Shown one piece after another: positions 59,920 through 64,000 of a stretch of 64,000 nt of DNA. The notes below the pieces were generated by a model. The model saw nothing but the letters and a program-made list of their open reading frames with translations. It was not told the origin of the DNA and did not search any database. Within the stretch, counting starts at the first letter, position 1; every line of letters starts with the position of its first letter. The translations under genes were made by a program, and so were the position numbers. This DNA comes from an uncultured Armatimonadetes bacterium (lineage in GTDB: Bacteria; Armatimonadota; UBA5829; DTJY01): NCBI GenBank assembly GCA_963717145.1, contig OY970325.1:4384001-4448000 (forward strand). The letters run 5' to 3'.

Positions 59920-60012
59920 GGGAGGGCGAGGCTCCGTCCGAGCCGTATGCTTCGGTAGCGCCACCTCGTTCTGCTGCCGAAGCATACGGCTCGGACGAAG
60001 CCTCGCCCTCCC
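59920..60012. repeat. GGAGGGCGAGGCTCC-family doublet with a nested GCTTCGGTAGC unit
   Basis: Outer arms match 62311-62369; inner unit matches 16153-16245. Confidence 0.85.
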
Positions 60013-60052
60013 AGTCGGCGGAGGCCGACTTCGTGCCTTCGTTGCCGCGATT

Positions 60053-60487
60053 TCAATCGCCTGGCAGAAACCGGTGGATCAGCGCAGAGGCCGCGAGGGA
60101 AATGAGAATGACTCCGGCGAGGATGCCTGTCGGGATCTCGAGTCCGCCGATGAGCGAGGCTGAGGTCACGAGGACGGCTGCCTGTGCGATCAGAACCAGG
60201 CACGCCGCTGCGACCCACGCGCTGTCGAAAACAGCGAGGCCTGTGATCGCAGACAACGCTCGCGATGCCCTGGTTCGGTGATCCGCTGCAAAGACGATTG
60301 AGCCGAGCATCAGGAATGCGGCCAGGCAGTAGACAGGTGGCAGAGCGGTCCGCTGCGTTATCCAGCCGCATACGATTCCGCCTGCGAGTGGAACCGCCAG
60401 CGCTCGAAGGAGCCGCGCCCGACTGCGTGCCAGCAGCCGCACCTCACGAGTTGTCAGCGCACATACTCTCTCCGCCGTGGACAGCAT
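60053..60487 (-). CDS. small membrane protein, possibly a reduced ABC-2 permease
   Basis: Four hydrophobic helices; ALTTREVRLLAR start; coupled to the upstream ATPase. Confidence 0.5.
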   Translation of the reverse strand: MLSTAERVCALTTREVRLLARSRARLLRALAVPLAGGIVCGWITQRTALPPVYCLAAFLMLGSIVFAADHRTRASRALSAITGLAVFDSAWVAAACLVLIAQAAVLVTSASLIGGLEIPTGILAGVILISLAASALIHRFLPGD

Positions 60488-61396
60488 CACTCAGCCCTCC
60501 CGGGTTCCGACTGGGCGATCAGTTCCTCGAGCACCACGTCCAATCCTTTGGGGCGCAGGCGCACGGCGGCGGCGCTGGCCGGATATCTCGCGCACGAGTT
60601 CAGCCGGCCTCGAATCAGGGCTCATCTCGACTACCAGCGATCCGTCCTGCTCGCCCATTGTGATCGCTCGCTTCTCGGCCCATGCGCCTCTCCCGCCGGG
60701 CCTCTTGAGCCCGATCGGCTTGATGACCACCGCCTCCGGTCCGACCATGCTCCGAAGCTTGCTGATCGTGCCGTCCGCGAGCGTTCGGCCCCTGTTCAGG
60801 ATGGTGATCCGGTCGCACAGTTCGGCGTCGTCCGGACGCGAGGTGGCGATGACGATCGTCTTGTGCTCGATCGACTTCAACATGAGCAGGTGGTTCCAGA
60901 CGCGCTCCCGGACGATGTTGTCGAGGCCGGACATCGGCTCGTCGAGGAGCAGGACAGCGGACGGGGAGAGAAGGACTCGGGCCAGCTCGACCTGCTTGCG
61001 CAATCCCGATGGCAGTGTGGAGGCCTGGGAGTCCCGTGCTGAATCGAGATCGAGCAAAGCGAGCGTCTCCCTCACGAGGCCTCGGCGCTTCGGCCTCGGG
61101 ATGCCATAAAGTATGGCGTGAAGGTTGAGTATCTCCAGCGGGGTGAACGACTCGTCCAGGGCCGGGTCAGCGAACGATATGGCAGCCTTTCCGTCGGTGC
61201 AGGAGATCGTACCGGAGTCCGGCGTCTCGATCCCCGCGACCATTCGAAGGAGTGTGCTCTTCCCAGAGCCGGTGGGCCCGAAGACGCCGCAGACTTCCCC
61301 TCGCAGGGCCGTGATAGACACCTTATCGAGCGCGGCGACGTGGCCGTACCGCTTGCTCAGGTTCTCAGCTCTGACTCGCTCTTGCATGAGGAACAC
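60487..61396 (-). CDS. ABC transporter ATP-binding protein, degenerate (1-nt insertion near 60577)
   Basis: GPTGSGKS and LLLDEP; corrected tail VRLRPKGLDVVLEELI ends in a TGATG overlap. Confidence 0.75.
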
Positions 61397-61572
61397 CCAT
61401 GGGGGCGAAGCATTGGCTGCTGATATCGCACAGAACGCTGATCATCGATGGGCCAATGCTTCGCCCCTACTCTGTTGTGCGTACCATACCGACAGATTAT
61501 ATCACGGCTTCGGATGGACCGGCAATCGCTTCGGGTGCAAGAAAGAGTTCACGATCGTTGATACTGCAACCC

Positions 61573-61652
61573 ACCGGCTGTCATTCTGAGCGTAGTGAAG
61601 AATCTGTCTGCGCACGGCCAGATTCTTCACTACGCTCAGAATGACAGCCGGT
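61573..61652. repeat. GTCATTCTGAGC-family REP doublet
   Basis: ACCGGCTGTCATTCTGAGCGTAGTGAAGAATCTG arm and its exact inverse. Confidence 0.85.
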
Positions 61653-61681
61653 AACCCTGATCGTGAATTCTTACGGGAGCA

Positions 61682-61713
61682 AGAAGAAAGCCCGGGGCCA
61701 TTCGACCCCGGGC
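61682..61713 (-). terminator. intrinsic terminator
   Basis: GCCCGGGG stem followed by TTTCTT on the minus strand. Confidence 0.65.
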
Positions 61714-61728
61714 ACGGTGCTGCGAAAT

Positions 61729-62172
61729 CTAAAGTCTCACATCTATGATGGCGCTCACACCGACGCCGGACACGCGCTTCAGGTCCTTAACTACGTCCTT
61801 CGACTCGACCGGGACCAGCACCTTGACGCGGAACATCTTGCCGTTCACGTTGGTCTCGAGCTGTGCGACGGCTTTGACCTTGTCCACCAGGTGAGCCGGG
61901 CCGCTGATCTGCGCCGCGCCCGCATATCCGCCCTGTCCGACGCTGATGATCGGCACGACCGCCGTCCTGTCCTCCACGCCGACGCCCTTGTTGGCGGTCA
62001 GCTTGTTGATGGCCTTGTTGATATCGTCGCCGAACCTATCTACGAGCAGGACGATTCCCGCTCCCTTCAGGATGTCGCCGATGCCGGCCCGTACCGGGGC
62101 GACGGTCGCGAGTGACGCGGCCATCAAGACTACGGCAAGCACCAGTGTGATCTTTCTTCGTCTGTTCTTCAT
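61729..62172 (-). CDS. secreted hypothetical protein
   Basis: Signal peptide; VVPIISVG.G.Y.GAAQISGP...VKAVAQLE; RBS AGGAGG. Confidence 0.75.
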   Translation of the reverse strand: MKNRRRKITLVLAVVLMAASLATVAPVRAGIGDILKGAGIVLLVDRFGDDINKAINKLTANKGVGVEDRTAVVPIISVGQGGYAGAAQISGPAHLVDKVKAVAQLETNVNGKMFRVKVLVPVESKDVVKDLKRVSGVGVSAIIDVRL

Positions 62173-62296
62173 GTTAGCTTCCTCCTGATCTCGACTCGAC
62201 ATGGTTATTATCGGTATCCGGCGCCGATCCTGGAATGGCCCGGGTAGACTCATCTGTACGTCAGTGTATACGATGGAGGGAAGCCTGGGGTTTCGT

Positions 62297-62383
62297 TTTG
62301 GAGTGCGGAAGGGAGGGCGAGGCTCCGTCCGAGCCTGGTTGGGTGGCTCGGACGGAGCCTCGCCCTCCCTTCCGCACTCCAAA
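62297..62383. repeat. TTGGAGTGCG wrapper enclosing a GGAGGGCGAGGCTCC doublet
   Basis: Perfect 39-bp arms composed of two repeat families. Confidence 0.85.
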
Positions 62384-62384
62384 G

Positions 62385-62420
62385 AAAAAACCCCGCCTCG
62401 AGAAGCTCGAGGCGGGGTTT
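62385..62420 (-). terminator. intrinsic terminator of the surface protein gene
   Basis: AAACCCCGCCTCGAG/CTCGAGGCGGGGTTT with T6 on the minus strand. Confidence 0.8.
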
Positions 62421-62447
62421 GTAGCAACTTCAGGTTCGCGTCAGGTC

Positions 62448-64000
62448 CTAGAACTTGACGGCGAACTGTGCAGTAGCAACTCCACCGTGGAAGTTGTTGC
62501 TTACTCCGTACGGAGTCAGTGTTCCATCCTCGTACTCAACAATCTGGTAGAGGAGTTTCATGCTCGCGTTCGGGTTGAACGTGTGGCCGAGACCGAGGGA
62601 GATGTATCTCTCCTCAGTGTCGGTTGTTCCGGCCCCCGTCGGCTCCCATGTTACCTGCTCGAAACCAAGATCAACCGTGTTGGAGCTGGTCAGTCCGTAC
62701 TTCAGACCGGCCTTCCAGTAGGTGATCTTGTCCAGGGCGTTGGCAGCAACGCCGACGGTTCTGCCCTGCGTGGTCGCAGTGCGGCCGTCAACGCTGAGTC
62801 CGGCTGTGTCGTCGTTGGGATCGAGCCACTGGCCCTCAGCCGACAGCGAGATGTTGTCGGTCAGCGCATAGGTCAGATTTGCCATCGGACCCTTGACGTT
62901 GACCAGGTTCGCCGCTGCGCCGAGTCTTGACCAGTTACCAGGAGCGTCGTAGTTCTGCTCGATGTCGGAGTATCCGCCCTTGATGCCGAGGCTGCCGGCC
63001 TGGAATGCCAAACTCGCGTTCCATGCCGTGTTGTCGTTATCCAGATCGGCCGCAAACAGGCCGTTGAGCGTATCATCCGGACTCGTCTGAGCCCACTCGC
63101 CCATCAGCCCGATGCTGCCGAACATGAGGTTGATATCAGCTCCCATGACGTCGGTCGTGGCATTGACACCACCGACGCCAACGCCCGCCTGGTACCAGGT
63201 CAGGCCCAAGCCACCATCGGCCGTGATGCCGATGACCGCACGAGCGCCACCGATCTGGCTGACGTCGACGCCACCGGCGCCGCCGAGCAGCAGATCCGGG
63301 GTGATCAGGTCAGCAATGACGTTGTCGCCGACCTTCGCCGCGAACGCGGTGAGCGAGATCTTGCTCCAGTTGAACATGATGTTGCCACCGTCTAGCACGA
63401 AGTTGCCGTCGTCCAGCTTGCTCACGTAGGTGTAGCTGTCCGTATCGACGAGCTTCAGTGTCAGAGGTGTCAACTGGAACGGGAACCGACCAACAGTCAC
63501 CTCGCCCTGGCCCAGAGGTCCGAGCTTCATAGCTGTGTTCAGCGTGAGCTTCCACAGTGTGAAGTCATCGACTCCCGGAAGAGCGAAGTCCTGCAGGTAG
63601 TTACCTGCCGCGATCTGCGCATCCACGGATGTGTTCTCAGCGACCTTCCCAACGATTCCGAGCTGGAAGTCGTTGAAGAAGGAGGAGTTGGAGAGCGGAT
63701 TGTCCCGCTCATTGGGATTGCCGTTGTTGCCGATGAGTCTGGCATCTTTGTCGAAAGTGGGCCGGACGGGTCCGTTGGCCACTTCGCCGCGGACGATCAA
63801 GCTCGTGTCGGCATTGATCTTGACACGGGCCTGTTCCTCTTCGATGATACCGACTCTCTCGGTCAGCGCATTCAGGTCTCTGCGAACGCTTTCGACCTGA
63901 ACGCCCAGGGAGGCTAGCTCATCCTGGAACTCATCCATCATCTTCTGGATGGATGCAAGCTGCTCTGCACCGACTCCGGGCTCGCCCTTGTCACCCTTGA
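62448..64000 (-). CDS. OmpM/SlpA-like outer-membrane beta-barrel with coiled-coil stalk (5' end outside the window)
   Basis: EFQDELASLGV coiled coil typical of SLH porins; alternating beta-strands; C-terminal Phe; frame open to the window edge (KGDKGEPG). Confidence 0.8.
   Translation of the reverse strand, partial: KGDKGEPGVGAEQLASIQKMMDEFQDELASLGVQVESVRRDLNALTERVGIIEEEQARVKINADTSLIVRGEVANGPVRPTFDKDARLIGNNGNPNERDNPLSNSSFFNDFQLGIVGKVAENTSVDAQIAAGNYLQDFALPGVDDFTLWKLTLNTAMKLGPLGQGEVTVGRFPFQLTPLTLKLVDTDSYTYVSKLDDGNFVLDGGNIMFNWSKISLTAFAAKVGDNVIADLITPDLLLGGAGGVDVSQIGGARAVIGITADGGLGLTWYQAGVGVGGVNATTDVMGADINLMFGSIGLMGEWAQTSPDDTLNGLFAADLDNDNTAWNASLAFQAGSLGIKGGYSDIEQNYDAPGNWSRLGAAANLVNVKGPMANLTYALTDNISLSAEGQWLDPNDDTAGLSVDGRTATTQGRTVGVAANALDKITYWKAGLKYGLTSSNTVDLGFEQVTWEPTGAGTTDTEERYISLGLGHTFNPNASMKLLYQIVEYEDGTLTPYGVSNNFHGGVATAQFAVKF

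Overview
GC-rich bacterial chromosomal window with about 60 genes. The gene content suggests a diderm Terrabacteria lineage, most likely Armatimonadota (inference): PEP-CTERM proteins, an SLH/OmpM-type beta-barrel, csaB with DUF5693, lptC/lptA, sigH and mcsA-mcsB-clpC. Core genes include sigH, lepB, dgt, dacB, an Ala-Glu epimerase, murA, groES/groEL with a CIRCE element, dusB, coaX, clpC/mcsB/mcsA and ilvE. Accessory parts are three PEP-CTERM genes (two from a 1.3-kb tandem duplication), a MerR/GyrI/ABC-2 operon, an XRE-ImmA plus PIN toxin-antitoxin pair, glycoside hydrolases, a 7-gene DUF6754 membrane operon, and a stress island (DUF5335, acidic protein, RimK-type ATP-grasp, five tandem KGG/GsiB genes). 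The strongest leads are five. (1) A 172-bp insert flanked by a 14-bp direct repeat that folds into an unbranched rod with G-U pairs (19010-19209). (2) A stand-alone ~95-nt three-way-junction sRNA with its own -10 box and terminator, convergent on a DUF3800-like gene remnant (28969-29187). (3) An 81-bp palindromic element inserted in frame in a glycosidase gene, plus many nested REP/MITE and tandem-repeat families that often supply stop codons. (4) The uncharacterised DUF6754 membrane complex. (5) Three SigB-like promoters in front of stress genes. Four single-base frameshifts, one of them in groEL, suggest assembly indel errors. I recognised no rRNA, tRNA, CRISPR array or transposase. All calls are by eye; no database searches were run.
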